A stretch of DNA of 61,350 nucleotides, filler included. It is 7 parts of 7 records of this genome, joined end to end, with 100 filler letters (N's around TTAATTAATTAA, not from the genome) between each part and the next. Parts side by side here need not be neighbours in the genome. Positions count along the whole stretch, not along the records: positions 41,763 to 55,929 come from SRR31147125_1378; positions 56,030 to 61,350 come from SRR31147125_1395; 5 more parts are not named here. One strand, given 5' to 3'. Made by a program: the position numbers and the translations under genes. The notes under the pieces were generated by a model that worked only from the letters and a program-made list of their open reading frames with translations, searched no databases and was not told where the DNA came from. Shown piece by piece: positions 51,154 to 61,350 of this stretch (its first letter is position 1; each line of letters starts with the position of its first letter).

Positions 51154-54100
51154 ATGGAGGCTATTATGAATAAAGAAAATAAATTAATCATAAAATATAT
51201 ATCAATTTTTATATTATTATTTGTATCAACATTTGGAAATTCTACTGGAATCTTAAAGCAACAGAGTATTGACCTTACAATAAATGAAGCTCAATTTTTA
51301 AAAGAGCATCCTGTAATTAGAGTGTATAATGATGCATATTACCCTCCATTTGATTTTAACGTAAATGGAAAAGCCAAAGGCTACTCTGTAGAGCTATTGG
51401 AAATGATATCAGAATTAGCTGGATTTGATATAGAGTGGGTAAAATATGAGGATCGGGTAAAAGGTAAAAGTGATCTGAATGCAGGAAAAATTGACTTAAT
51501 TCACCTAGTTAGTAAAAATCAGGATAAGGCAAATCAATGGAATTTTAGTAAACCTTATCTAATTAATAATAGAGCGATGTACTCGCAAACGCAAAAAGAT
51601 ATTAGCAATCTAAACGATGTAGATATGAATAGTGTGGCTATATTACGGAATTCACCTGAAAGAGATGTATTGTTAGATTATTTCTATGATACAGAGATAG
51701 AAAAGATTGATACACCTCTAGATGTCTTAAAAGCGGTAAACTATAAACAAGTTGATTATACGGTTATAAATCCAACAGTGGCTAATTATATAATTAATGA
51801 CAAATTTTTAACTAATGTGGAACTCATTGCAGGTTTTGAACTTGGAAATGAAGTAGATGATAACTATTACATGGCAACGACCTCTGATAAAGAAGCGTTA
51901 ATATCGATAATTGATAAAGCACTAAACACACTTAATCAAATGGAAATATCTAAATTAAAATCAAAATGGATAACTGCAATTAACCTAAATAAGGGAGACT
52001 CACTTGTTAATTTTACAAAGGAGGAGCTTAACTATATAAGAAATTCTGAAGCTATACAGATAGGAATGTCCTCTAGTTTTCCACCTTTTTCACAAGCGAA
52101 AAATGGTAAAGTAGAAGGATTTTCAAATGATTTACTGCAATTAATTTCAATGAGGACAGGGCTTAAGTTTGAACCCCATTTAAATAATTGGAGTAGTATT
52201 CTTGACGAGTTTAAGCTTGGTAAATTAGATATGATAGCAAATATATCATACCTAGACGAACGATTAGAATTTACTAATTATACAGAATCATATTATGAGT
52301 TGCCATTAATGGTATATACAAGAAAAGCTGATGATTTTTTCGTAGAAAATAAATCTATATCAGGAAAGAGGGTAGGGATACAAAAATCACACTTTGTAAA
52401 TAATTATGTAATGGAAATACCGAACGTAGATATAACTGAGTATATAAATAGAGTAGATCTCTATCGAGATATATCGTTGGGAAAAATAGATGCAACAGTT
52501 GAAGGACTAGCTTCATACTATCAATTAATGGATTGGGGAATTTCAGGAGTAAAACTAGCTGGTGAAATACAGTTTAGAGGATTAAAAAATGAAGACTTAA
52601 GGTTTGGAATAAAAAAGAGCGATAAACTATTAACTTCAATTATTACAAAGGCTTTCTCTTCAATAACCTTTGCAGAAATGGAAAGAATAGAAAAAATGGA
52701 TAGTTGACCCGGTGATTGACACCAGAAAAAGAAATCTAAAATTAACAGAAAAAGAAAGAGCATATCTAAGTTCTCACCAAGTGATAAGAGTTAGTAATGA
52801 GACAGATTATCCTCCGTTTGACTTCGCAGTGGAGAATGAAGCCTTTGGTTATTCTATTGATTTGATTAACGTATTAGCAAGTAAGATTGGAATAAAAGTA
52901 GAATATGTAAACGGATATAGTTGGAAAGAATTAGTTGAGTTATTCAAAACTCACCAACTTGATATACTTCATTGTGCTTCAAAAACTGAAGAAAGAGAAA
53001 AATTTGCTACTTTCTCTGACCCTTACTTTAGTCTAAAAAATAGATTTGTCGTAAGGAATGAAAAGAAAGATGTAAATACTATTACAGAGCTATATGGTAA
53101 GAGAGTAGCTGTAGGAAGAGGTTGGTCATCTACAGAGTACATAAAGAATAACTATCCTCAGATAGAGTTGGTTTATTACAATAGCTCGTTAGAGATGCTA
53201 AAGGCAGTTTTTACTGGTGATGCATATGCTACTCTTGAGAATGAGTATGTAGCAAACTATTTAATAAATAAATCTGGATTTCATGATTTAAAGATAACTG
53301 GTTGGTTCAAGGAGTTTGATAATGGTAAGGGAAGAATGTTCTATTTTATGGGACAAAAAAACAATCCCGAACTTATCTCTATGTTTAATAAAGCATATGC
53401 CTCATTATCTGTCACGGAGATTGACGAGTTGCAGAAGAGATGGTTCTATGAGCCAGATGCAGCTAAAAAAATTAAGCTAACACCTGAAGAGCAGGAATAT
53501 CTGAACAATAAAGGGACATTAAAGATGAGTGGATTAGTAAACAGTCTACCCTACGGAGGTATTGATGAGTATGGTAATCACATAGGAGTCAGTGCAGAGA
53601 TTGCTAAATTGATGTCCGATCGATTAGGAATTGAGATTAAACTAATTACAACAGATAGTTGGGGGAAGTCTATTGAAAATATTAAACAAAGAAAAGTAGA
53701 TATTATACCAATGGCTATAAATGTGGAGAGTAGACGAAAGTATATGAATTTTACGAAACCATATTTAGTTGAACCTTTTGTTATAGCAACTAAGGATGAA
53801 GAGCTATTTATAAAAGACATAAAAGAAATTGTAGATAAAAAAATAGGAGTAGTAGCTGGTTATGCTCATAAAGAGATGTTCCTCAGTAGTTATCCTGATA
53901 TGCAGATAGTTGATGTGGAGAACCCGTATGAAGGATTGCTAAAAGTAAGAAACGGGGAGATATTTGGTTACGTCGACTCTCTACCGACTATAGCATATGA
54001 ATTACAAAATAATGCGATGGTTGATCTAAAGATTGCTGGTAAATTAGAGTTTGATATGCCTCTAGCAGTAGCTACGAGAAATGACGAAGCATTGTTATTA

Positions 54101-55690
54101 GGAATTATGCAAAAGGCTGTGAACGCCATTACTGACTCAGAAAAGAGCGCTATAGTAAAACAATGGGTGTCAGTAAAGTATGAAAAAGGTTTTAATTATA
54201 GTTTGATTTGGAAAATTTTAGCTGTAGCGAGTCTGATAATTGCAGTTTCTATTTATATTAATATAGCATCAATAAAGTATAATAAAAATTTATCAGCTTT
54301 GAATAATGAGATAAATATCAAAAATACTCAGTTAGAGAGAGTTAATTTTGAGCTATCTGAAACAAATGAAAAATTAAATCTAACAATTACAGGGGCAAAT
54401 ATAATTCCTATGGAGTGGAATATCAAATATAATATAATAGAATTTGGTGCTGAATTTGGATATCCTAAAGAGGTTGATAATACAATAAAAGGATTTTGTA
54501 GTTGTGTACATTTAGATGATGTGGAGAAAGTGGAGCTTTCATTAAAAAAGCATATACGGGGAGATTTGGATTATTTTAATGAGGAGTATAGATTTAGACT
54601 TGACTCAGGAAAGTATATCTGGATAAATACAATTGCAAAAATAATGGAGAGAGATAAAAATAATGAACCCATTATGTTAGTGGGAATAATGCAAAATATA
54701 GATGAAAGAAAAAAAGCTGAACATCAGATGCTAAGATCAGAGAAGTTAGCTGCTTTAGGAAAGCTGGTAGCAAGTGTGGCCCACGAAATTAATACTCCAT
54801 TAGGTGCGATTAACTCTTCGTCAGAAAATATTGAGATTAGTATAAACAAAGTCCTGGAAAATGTACCTCGATTAATACTTGAATTAGAGGAAAAAAATAT
54901 GGATAAGTTGTTCTTTGAGATGGTTGAAGAGGGACAGAAGAATCAAGAATTATTAAGCACAAGAGAATTAAGAAGTAAGAAAAAAATAGTAAAAGTAAGT
55001 TTAATTGAACATGGTTTTGAGAATGCAAGAGAGTTATCTGAGTTGTTCAGTGCAATAGGTATATTTGAGGGGGTTGAAAAATACTATGATTTTGCAAGGG
55101 ATGAAAGTAGTGACTTGATTTTCAGAACAGCATTTGACCTGGTAGTATCATTTAGAAGTATTAATGTAATAAAAAGATCTGTTAATAATGCTTCGAAAAT
55201 ACTATATGCTTTGAAAGCATATTCTAGAACTGATTCTAGTTTTGAGAAACAGGAGTTTGACCTAAAAGAGAGTGTTGACATGGCTCTGACACTTTATCAC
55301 AGTAAAATTAAACATGATATAAATTTAAACAAAGATTATGATGAAAATGTCGGAACTATGTTTGGTATAGTAGATGAGCTTAATCAAGTGTGGACAAACC
55401 TGATACACAACGCATTACAAGGGATGAACTATTCAGGAGAAATGGGTGTTGTAATAAAAAAAGAGGAAGATTCATATGTGGTTTCTATATCTGATAGTGG
55501 TTCGGGAATCCCTAAGGAAATTAGAAATAGAATATTTGAGCCATTTTTTACAACAAAACCTGTTGGAGAAGGAACAGGATTGGGACTTGACATTGTAAAG
55601 AAAATAGTGCAGAATCACAGGGGAGAGATATGGTTTGAAACAGAAGAGGGAGAGGGAACAACTTTTCATGTTAGATTACCAAGGGCGTAA
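51154..55690 (+). CDS. Sensor histidine kinase with four tandem periplasmic binding (SBP_bac_3) domains, TM, PAS, HisKA and HATPase; split by a 1-nt frameshift at 52691-52696
   Basis: YPPFDF/FPPFS/LPYG repeats; adding one A fuses the two ORFs (..EKKWIVDPVIDTR..); EKLAALGKLVASVAHEINTPL, NQVWTNL, FEPFFTTK, GTGLGL. Confidence 0.88.
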
Positions 55691-55778
55691 AAAGTAAAAT
55701 CATATATTGTTTAAAATGAATTGACTCTTATACTGAAATGTCTATTGAGTTAAAATAAAAAATTAAGCTAATAATCAG

Positions 55779-55812
55779 AACAGTCTAAATTTAATGTTTG
55801 GACTGTTTTTTT
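55779..55812 (+). terminator. Intrinsic terminator
   Basis: AACAGTCTAAA...TTTGGACTGTTTTTTT. Confidence 0.7.
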
Positions 55813-55929
55813 AATACTATAAAACATTATACAAAGCCCTTACTATATAAAATATAGATGCAACTATTAAAACCTCTTTGATTTATAAAGAGTTTTTGAC
55901 ATAATAATAAGGCAAAAATTCTAAAAAAA

Positions 55930-56029
55930 NNNNNNNNNNNNNNNNNNNNNNNNNNNNNNNNNNNNNNNNNNNNTTAATTAATTAANNNNNNNNNNNNNNN
56001 NNNNNNNNNNNNNNNNNNNNNNNNNNNNN
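55930..56029. other. Artificial contig spacer
   Basis: N44-TTAATTAATTAA-N44. Confidence 0.99.
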
Positions 56030-56250
56030 GTGCTTAAAGCACACTATATAAAGTAAACTCCATTTGTCCTGCAAAAGACATGCCAGACTTAAAATATTTA
56101 AGTTTTCAAAGAACTTATGTATCAAATATTACAGTTTTGGACTTGATACCAAACCTCGTAGGGGTTACAATGGATAAAAAGCTAGAAAGCAAAAAACAAA
56201 GCCTAATAGATAAATTAATTGAAAAAAGTGTAAGAGTTTTATTTGATTAA
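56030..56250 (+). CDS. C-terminal fragment of a leucine-rich-repeat protein
   Basis: Read manually: ..KDMPDLKYLSFQRTYVSNITVLDLIPNLVGVTMD...VLFD*; an in-frame stop at 56035 lowers confidence. Confidence 0.4.
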
Positions 56251-56359
56251 CAATTAGAACCACAAATTTAATTAAAATTTTATTATTTTTAGGCAGACAG
56301 TCTGATAAAAACTTTGATGGAAAGAATATGGATTACATTCAAGAAACGAGGATATAAAA

Positions 56360-57409
56360 ATGTTAAAATTAGTGTCCCCAGATGCTGAAAAACTGCTTGA
56401 AGATATGATGCAGGCTAAAAATGTAAAAAAACTAATTGATGATAGATTCAGATTCTTTGAATCTGATTCAGCCTCCGCTGAACATTTACATAATATTATT
56501 GATGAATTGGTAGAAAACCATCTTATGATGTGCACATGGTACGGTGATACTGTACACGAAGCTAAAATTCCAATTTCGGCGGAAAAATATTTTATTAAAA
56601 AAGAAGAAGTCAGATTAGAAAAGGAAGCTAAGAAAAAAGAAGCAGAGAGGCTTGAAGAAGAGGCCAGACTTTTGGAAGAAGCTAAAAAAGAGCGTGCCAG
56701 ACTCGAAGAGGAAGCCAGATTGCAGGAAAAAGAAAGGCTTGAAGAGGAAGCAAGGCTTTTAGAAGAAGCTAAGAAACAACGTGCCAGACTTGAAGCGGAA
56801 GCACAAATTGAAAAAGCCAGACTCGAAGAAGAAGCTAGACTGCAGGAAGAAGCTAGAAAAAAAGAAGAAGAAAGAATAAAAGAAGAGGCTAGATTAATAG
56901 TAGAAGCTAGGCTAAGAGATGAAGCGCGCCTAAAAGAGGAAGCTAGGCTTAAAGAAGAGGCTAGACTACAGAAAGAAGCCAGACTAAAAGAACAAGCAAA
57001 TCTGCAAGAGCAAACTAGGCTTCAAGAAATGACTAGATTACTAGAGCAAGCTAGACTTAAAGAAGAATACAGAATACAGGAAATCGCCAGACTTAATGAT
57101 GCATTGTTAAATGCAGAAAAAAACAATTCCACACTTTATAGTATTTTTGATTTGTCATCTAATATTGAAAATTCAATTGCACAAATCGAAAAAAGAGTAA
57201 ACGAACAAGGCGGAGAAGATAGGGACGCTTTAATAGATTTGCTGGAAGAAGCAAAAGAGATCATTGAAGAAGTAAGTTCTACAAGGCGTGTACCAAAGCG
57301 TAAGAGATTTTTCGCAGAGCTAATTAGACAATCAGAAAAAAACCTTTGGTTTTATAGCTCTGTTCTTTGCATAATGGGACGATCTGGATTAGATTTGCTA
57401 GGCGGGTAA
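56360..57409 (+). CDS. Hypothetical protein with a central charged helical repeat (xEEARL)n
   Basis: RBS GAGGA; repeats seen directly; globular N- and C-terminal parts. Confidence 0.8.
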   Translation: MLKLVSPDAEKLLEDMMQAKNVKKLIDDRFRFFESDSASAEHLHNIIDELVENHLMMCTWYGDTVHEAKIPISAEKYFIKKEEVRLEKEAKKKEAERLEEEARLLEEAKKERARLEEEARLQEKERLEEEARLLEEAKKQRARLEAEAQIEKARLEEEARLQEEARKKEEERIKEEARLIVEARLRDEARLKEEARLKEEARLQKEARLKEQANLQEQTRLQEMTRLLEQARLKEEYRIQEIARLNDALLNAEKNNSTLYSIFDLSSNIENSIAQIEKRVNEQGGEDRDALIDLLEEAKEIIEEVSSTRRVPKRKRFFAELIRQSEKNLWFYSSVLCIMGRSGLDLLGG

Positions 57410-57491
57410 GCAACCACATCAGTCATGTTAGTCCTGCCTTCGTTTACAGTAGTTTGTAGCACTTCATATTTGGAAAATCATTATTTATGTA

Positions 57492-57538
57492 GCCTCCCCT
57501 CATAGAGGAGGTGTCAGACGAAGTCTTACGGAATGGTT
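57492..57538. repeat. Degenerate REP-like double hairpin
   Basis: GCCTCCCCT-CAT-AGAGGAGGT then GTCAGAC-GAA-GTCTTAC; GC-rich island in AT-rich DNA. Confidence 0.45.
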
Positions 57539-57609
57539 AAAAACATAAAGGGAAGATGAATTGTAATAAAATAATATGCATTATTTGTATAATGTGAATA
57601 GGAAAAAGA

Positions 57610-58450
57610 ATGCAAAAGGTTCTGAACAGATATTTTCAAGGAGTATTCTACCCCGCGAAAACAAATAGTAAGGCAATGGTTATTGTAAGTGGAAGCGATG
57701 GCGGAATTAAATGGGCAAGTAAAATTGCTTCGGTGTATTCTGCCTATGGCATTTCATCGTTTGCTGTTGCATATTGGAATACAAAATATACGTCGAAAAC
57801 TCTTACATTAATTCCTATAGAGATTATTCAATCCGCTATACTTTGGTTAAAGAAAAATGGTTTTTCAAAAACTGGCATATATGGCTTTTCAAAAGGTGCG
57901 GAGCTTGCTTTAATTTCAGGAAGCTTAATCAATCAAATTGAGTTTGTTATTGCCGTTTCACCTTCTTGCTGTGTTTTTGAAGGAATTAGAAAGCCAGCCT
58001 ACAGTAATACTTCCAGTTGGACTTGGGGCGGTCAGCCATTGCCGTATGCCTCTTTTCATAATATTCCGGTAAGCATAATAAAGAATGTTTTAAAAAATCA
58101 TGAATATGGCTTTGTAAACCAATACAATGATGTTCTCAAGACTAAGAAAAATGAAGAAAACACTATTAAGGTTGAAAATATAAATTCATTCCATACTTTT
58201 GCTGTCGGCAAAAGAGGATGCACAGTGGCCTTCTGCTAAAATGGGAAAAATGATTTGTGATAGGCTCAACAAAAAGGAATTTACATTTCCATTTCATCAT
58301 GAGGTTTTTTATCCTGCGAGCCATATATTATGTCCTGTGGAAAGTAAAAAGGGGTTTGTTTATCGAATGGAAAGACAGTACAAAAAAGAATGTGAAGCGG
58401 CCAGAAGGCGAGCTCTAAAAATGTCGTTAGATTGGTTAGCAACATTATGA
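57610..58450 (+). CDS. Acyl-CoA thioesterase / BAAT C-terminal alpha/beta hydrolase, frameshifted near 58188
   Basis: SGSDGG, GFSKGAE nucleophile elbow, SSWTWGGQPLP, IKVENI; second frame LLSAKEDAQWPS...YPASH. Confidence 0.85.
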
Positions 58451-58733
58451 GCATAATCATCGATTTGTTTAGCATTACAGAACTAGCTATTATTTATATA
58501 ATTGAGATAAGCATTATAGCAATAATGTGCAGGTAAATCGGATATCTAGGAACAAGATATAATTTATAAGAAAAACGGAATCCCTTTATTAAAATAGATA
58601 GCTTTAGTTCCAATCAAAATGATCAACTATTTGATACCATGCTAAAAATTAATAACGAGGATTACAATGAAATAGTTAAGTTCTGTAAAGAAAGTATATT
58701 GTCTAATAGAATAACCAATATGGAGTAAACACA

Positions 58734-60977
58734 ATGAACATAGACCAACTACTACAAAAACTACGCAGCGATTTATCCTTTATGTCCAATGTTACTCATT
58801 GGCGTGAAATCCCTGCAAAAAAAGCACAATATGCAGACTTTGGCTTATACCTTGATCCGAGGCTTATTTCTGCATGCAAAAAACGTGGCATTCACCAATT
58901 GTACACTCATCAGCGCAGTGCAATGGATGCACTCAGCGATGGAAAAAATATCGTAGTAGTTACTCCTACTGCATCAGGCAAAACATTATGCTACAATTTG
59001 CCCATACTTAATGCAATACTTAAAGATAATGCATCAAGAGCATTGTATTTATTCCCTACTAAAGCATTATCAGCAGACCAAGTCAGCGAGCTTTATGAGT
59101 TTATCAACGAAGCTGAAATAGATATAAAAACATATACCTATGACGGTGACACCCCTGTAGCAGCACGTAAGGCTGTACGCCAAGCAGGGCATATCGTTGT
59201 AACCAATCCTGATATGCTGCATTCTGGAATTATGCCGCATCATACCAAATGGGTAAAGCTATTTGAAAACATAAAGTATATTGTAATTGATGAAATCCAT
59301 ACTTATAGAGGTGTGTTCGGCTCTCACGTTGCAAACGTTGTACGCAGACTAAAAAGAATATTAAGCTTTTACGGTGTAAAAGTGCAGTTTATATGCTGTA
59401 GTGCAACTATTGCTAACCCACAAGAATTAGCATCAAATATTATTGGTGAAGATGTAACATTGATAAATAATAACGGCTCACCATCTGGCGAAAAGCATTT
59501 TATATTCTATAATCCGCCTATTGTTAACAAACAGCTAGGCATTAGAAAGAGTTCTATTTTGGAAACAAAAAACTTGGCTCTTAAACTCCTTTACAATGAA
59601 ATTTCAACCATAGTTTTTGCTAAAGCCCGTTTGACTGTAGAGGTTTTGGTAAACTATTTAAAGGAAAGATGCAGAGATATTTTAGGCAACGACTCTATGG
59701 TTAGAGGCTACCGTGGAGGCTATCTGCCAACCCAGCGCAGAGAAATAGAGCATGGGCTTCGTAGCGGTTCAATCCGCACGGTTGTATCCACCAATGCATT
59801 AGAACTAGGTATAGATATCGGTTCTTTGCAATCCTGTATTATCTGCGGCTATCCAGGAACAATTGCCGCTACGTGGCAGGAAAGCGGACGTGCAGGAAGG
59901 CGCAATGAGACGGCTTTAACAATTATGGTTGCTAATTCATCACCCATAAGCCAGTTTATTGTCCGTCACCCTGAATACTTTTTCCAAAGCCCTCCTGAAC
60001 ACGGATTAATCAACCCTGATAATTTATACATTCTAATGGGGCATATTAAAGCCGCCGCATTTGAGCTGCCTTTTAAAGACGGCGAAACCTATGGTGGAAA
60101 TAATATTACAGAAATATTAGAATTTTTATCAGAAAATTCTATACTGCATCACGCTGGCGATACATGGCACTGGTCTGCTGATAATTTCCCATCAAATGAT
60201 ATTTCACTTCGTAGTGCAAGCGATGAAAACTTTGTAATAATAGATATCTCAAATCCTGCTAAACATAAAGTAATAGGCGAAATGGACAGGTTTGCAGCCC
60301 CTATGCTTCTGCATGATGAAGCAGTATATATGCACGAAGGCAAGCAGTTCCAAGTGGAAAAACTAGACTTTGAAAATAAGAAAGCTTACGTAAGATACGT
60401 TAATGTAGATTACTATACTGATGCAGATTTAGCAGTAACATTAAAGGTTTTGGATGAATTTGACGCAGATGAATGTAGAAACTATCACGGAGAAGTTATG
60501 GTATCTTCCCGGGTTACAATGTTTAAAAAGATAAAACTAAACACACACGAAAACCTAGGCTGGGGCAAAGTTCATCTGCCAGAGCTTGAAATGCATACAA
60601 CATCTTTCTGGATGTCTTTTGACGATGACATTGCGGAAGGTTTCAGCAAGGACGATTTGGAAAGTGCATTAATGGGGGTAAGCAACTTAATTGCTAATGT
60701 AGCACCAATGTTTTTGATGTGTGATCCAAGAGACGTGTCGGTTCTTTATCAGGTACGTTCACCATACACCCATAAGCCTACTATACATATCTATGACAAC
60801 CAGCCAGGAGGAATAGGTTTCAGCCAGAAACTTTTTACTTTCTCTAATGATTTGCTTACAAGTGCACAAAATATGCTTAATGATTGCGAATGTTTAGACG
60901 GCTGCCCTGCTTGTGTAGGAGTTGACGGAAGTTCCAAAATTGTAACCAGAGCATTGCTTAAAAAAATAATAAAATAA
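58734..60977 (+). CDS. mrfA: DEAD/DEAH helicase with DUF1998 (MrfA/YprA/Hrq1-like)
   Basis: TPTASGKT, TNPDMLH, DEIH, SATIANP, TNALELGIDIG, GRAGR, C-terminal PGGIG and C.C.DGCPAC. Confidence 0.9.
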   Translation: MNIDQLLQKLRSDLSFMSNVTHWREIPAKKAQYADFGLYLDPRLISACKKRGIHQLYTHQRSAMDALSDGKNIVVVTPTASGKTLCYNLPILNAILKDNASRALYLFPTKALSADQVSELYEFINEAEIDIKTYTYDGDTPVAARKAVRQAGHIVVTNPDMLHSGIMPHHTKWVKLFENIKYIVIDEIHTYRGVFGSHVANVVRRLKRILSFYGVKVQFICCSATIANPQELASNIIGEDVTLINNNGSPSGEKHFIFYNPPIVNKQLGIRKSSILETKNLALKLLYNEISTIVFAKARLTVEVLVNYLKERCRDILGNDSMVRGYRGGYLPTQRREIEHGLRSGSIRTVVSTNALELGIDIGSLQSCIICGYPGTIAATWQESGRAGRRNETALTIMVANSSPISQFIVRHPEYFFQSPPEHGLINPDNLYILMGHIKAAAFELPFKDGETYGGNNITEILEFLSENSILHHAGDTWHWSADNFPSNDISLRSASDENFVIIDISNPAKHKVIGEMDRFAAPMLLHDEAVYMHEGKQFQVEKLDFENKKAYVRYVNVDYYTDADLAVTLKVLDEFDADECRNYHGEVMVSSRVTMFKKIKLNTHENLGWGKVHLPELEMHTTSFWMSFDDDIAEGFSKDDLESALMGVSNLIANVAPMFLMCDPRDVSVLYQVRSPYTHKPTIHIYDNQPGGIGFSQKLFTFSNDLLTSAQNMLNDCECLDGCPACVGVDGSSKIVTRALLKKIIK

Positions 60978-60978
60978 T

Positions 60979-61350
60979 ATGATATCAAACCTACAGAAAA
61001 AATTAGCGCTTATTCAAAAACAGTCACAAAGCACAGCACCGGATACTAAACCAAAGCTAGAGCTTGATTTTGCATGCTCTATTTTTGAAAACAGCTATGA
61101 CGCAGGCTACTTAATCGGTGATATTGAGTTAGGCAATATATTTAACAAAGATATAAATACTTTGCTAGATGTATGTTTTTGCACTAGTGATGATAACATA
61201 AATTTAGATGATATAGTATTTTTTGATACCGAAACCACAGGATTAGGTACTGGTACATCAACTGCAGCATTTTTAATAGGTACAGGGTATTTTGAAAAAG
61301 ATAAGTTTATCACAAAGCAATTTTTGATGAATGATTATCATCAGGAAAGC
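60979..61350 (+). CDS. mrfB: RNase_H_2 / DnaQ-like exonuclease (MrfB/YprB-like), running off the window
   Basis: Read manually: open frame from ATG 60979 containing VFFDTETTGLGTG..AFLIG..QFLMNDY..E; starts 1 nt after the helicase stop. Confidence 0.82.
   Translation, partial: MISNLQKKLALIQKQSQSTAPDTKPKLELDFACSIFENSYDAGYLIGDIELGNIFNKDINTLLDVCFCTSDDNINLDDIVFFDTETTGLGTGTSTAAFLIGTGYFEKDKFITKQFLMNDYHQES

Noticed and set aside
6139-56029. Six identical TTAATTAATTAA-containing repeats flanked by N runs
   Set aside because: Artificial scaffolding linkers. They are not biological repeats, and genes on either side are not neighbours.
58734-60977. DUF1998 helicase as a DISARM/Druantia defence component
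   Set aside because: Single-chain helicase-DUF1998 followed by a YprB-like exonuclease fits MrfAB repair; no methylase or other defence genes are adjacent.

Overview
The window is not one locus. It is seven unrelated, metagenome-like contigs joined by six identical 100-nt artificial spacers (N44-TTAATTAATTAA-N44). (1) 1-6138: Bacteroidota ECF sigma / FecR / SusC / SusD locus. (2) 6239-13055: low-GC contig, probably Acholeplasma/Izemoplasma-like. It carries the most interesting system: two tandem c-di-GMP-I (GEMM) riboswitches lead a minus-strand operon of three paralogous putative fibre subunits (two with SipW-type signal peptides), a SipW-type signal peptidase, a membrane-anchored McrB-like AAA+ GTPase and a DUF2357 (McrC N-terminal-like) protein with a coiled coil where a nuclease would normally be. 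(3) 13156-21928: clostridial region with DUF6034-like lipoprotein paralogues, decayed permeases and surface proteins. (4) 22029-35922: origin region of an FCB-like bacterium (DUF4159, surA, PPIase, mfd, rsmG, mnmG, mnmE, yidC, yidD, rnpA, rpmH, DnaA-box cluster, dnaA) with two parS sites. (5) 36023-41662: xth, an EndoQ/PHP-UvrD fusion and ltaE. (6) 41763-55929: beta-propeller/Y_Y_Y HD-GYP protein, LysR with two TSUP paralogues that each carry the same operator, ppnP, an alkylation-repair protein and a four-PBP histidine kinase. (7) 56030-61350: EEARL-repeat protein, BAAT-like hydrolase and mrfA-mrfB-like helicase/exonuclease. Several genes in different contigs are broken by single-base homopolymer indels, most likely sequencing errors. 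Family names come from motif recognition only; no database search was run.
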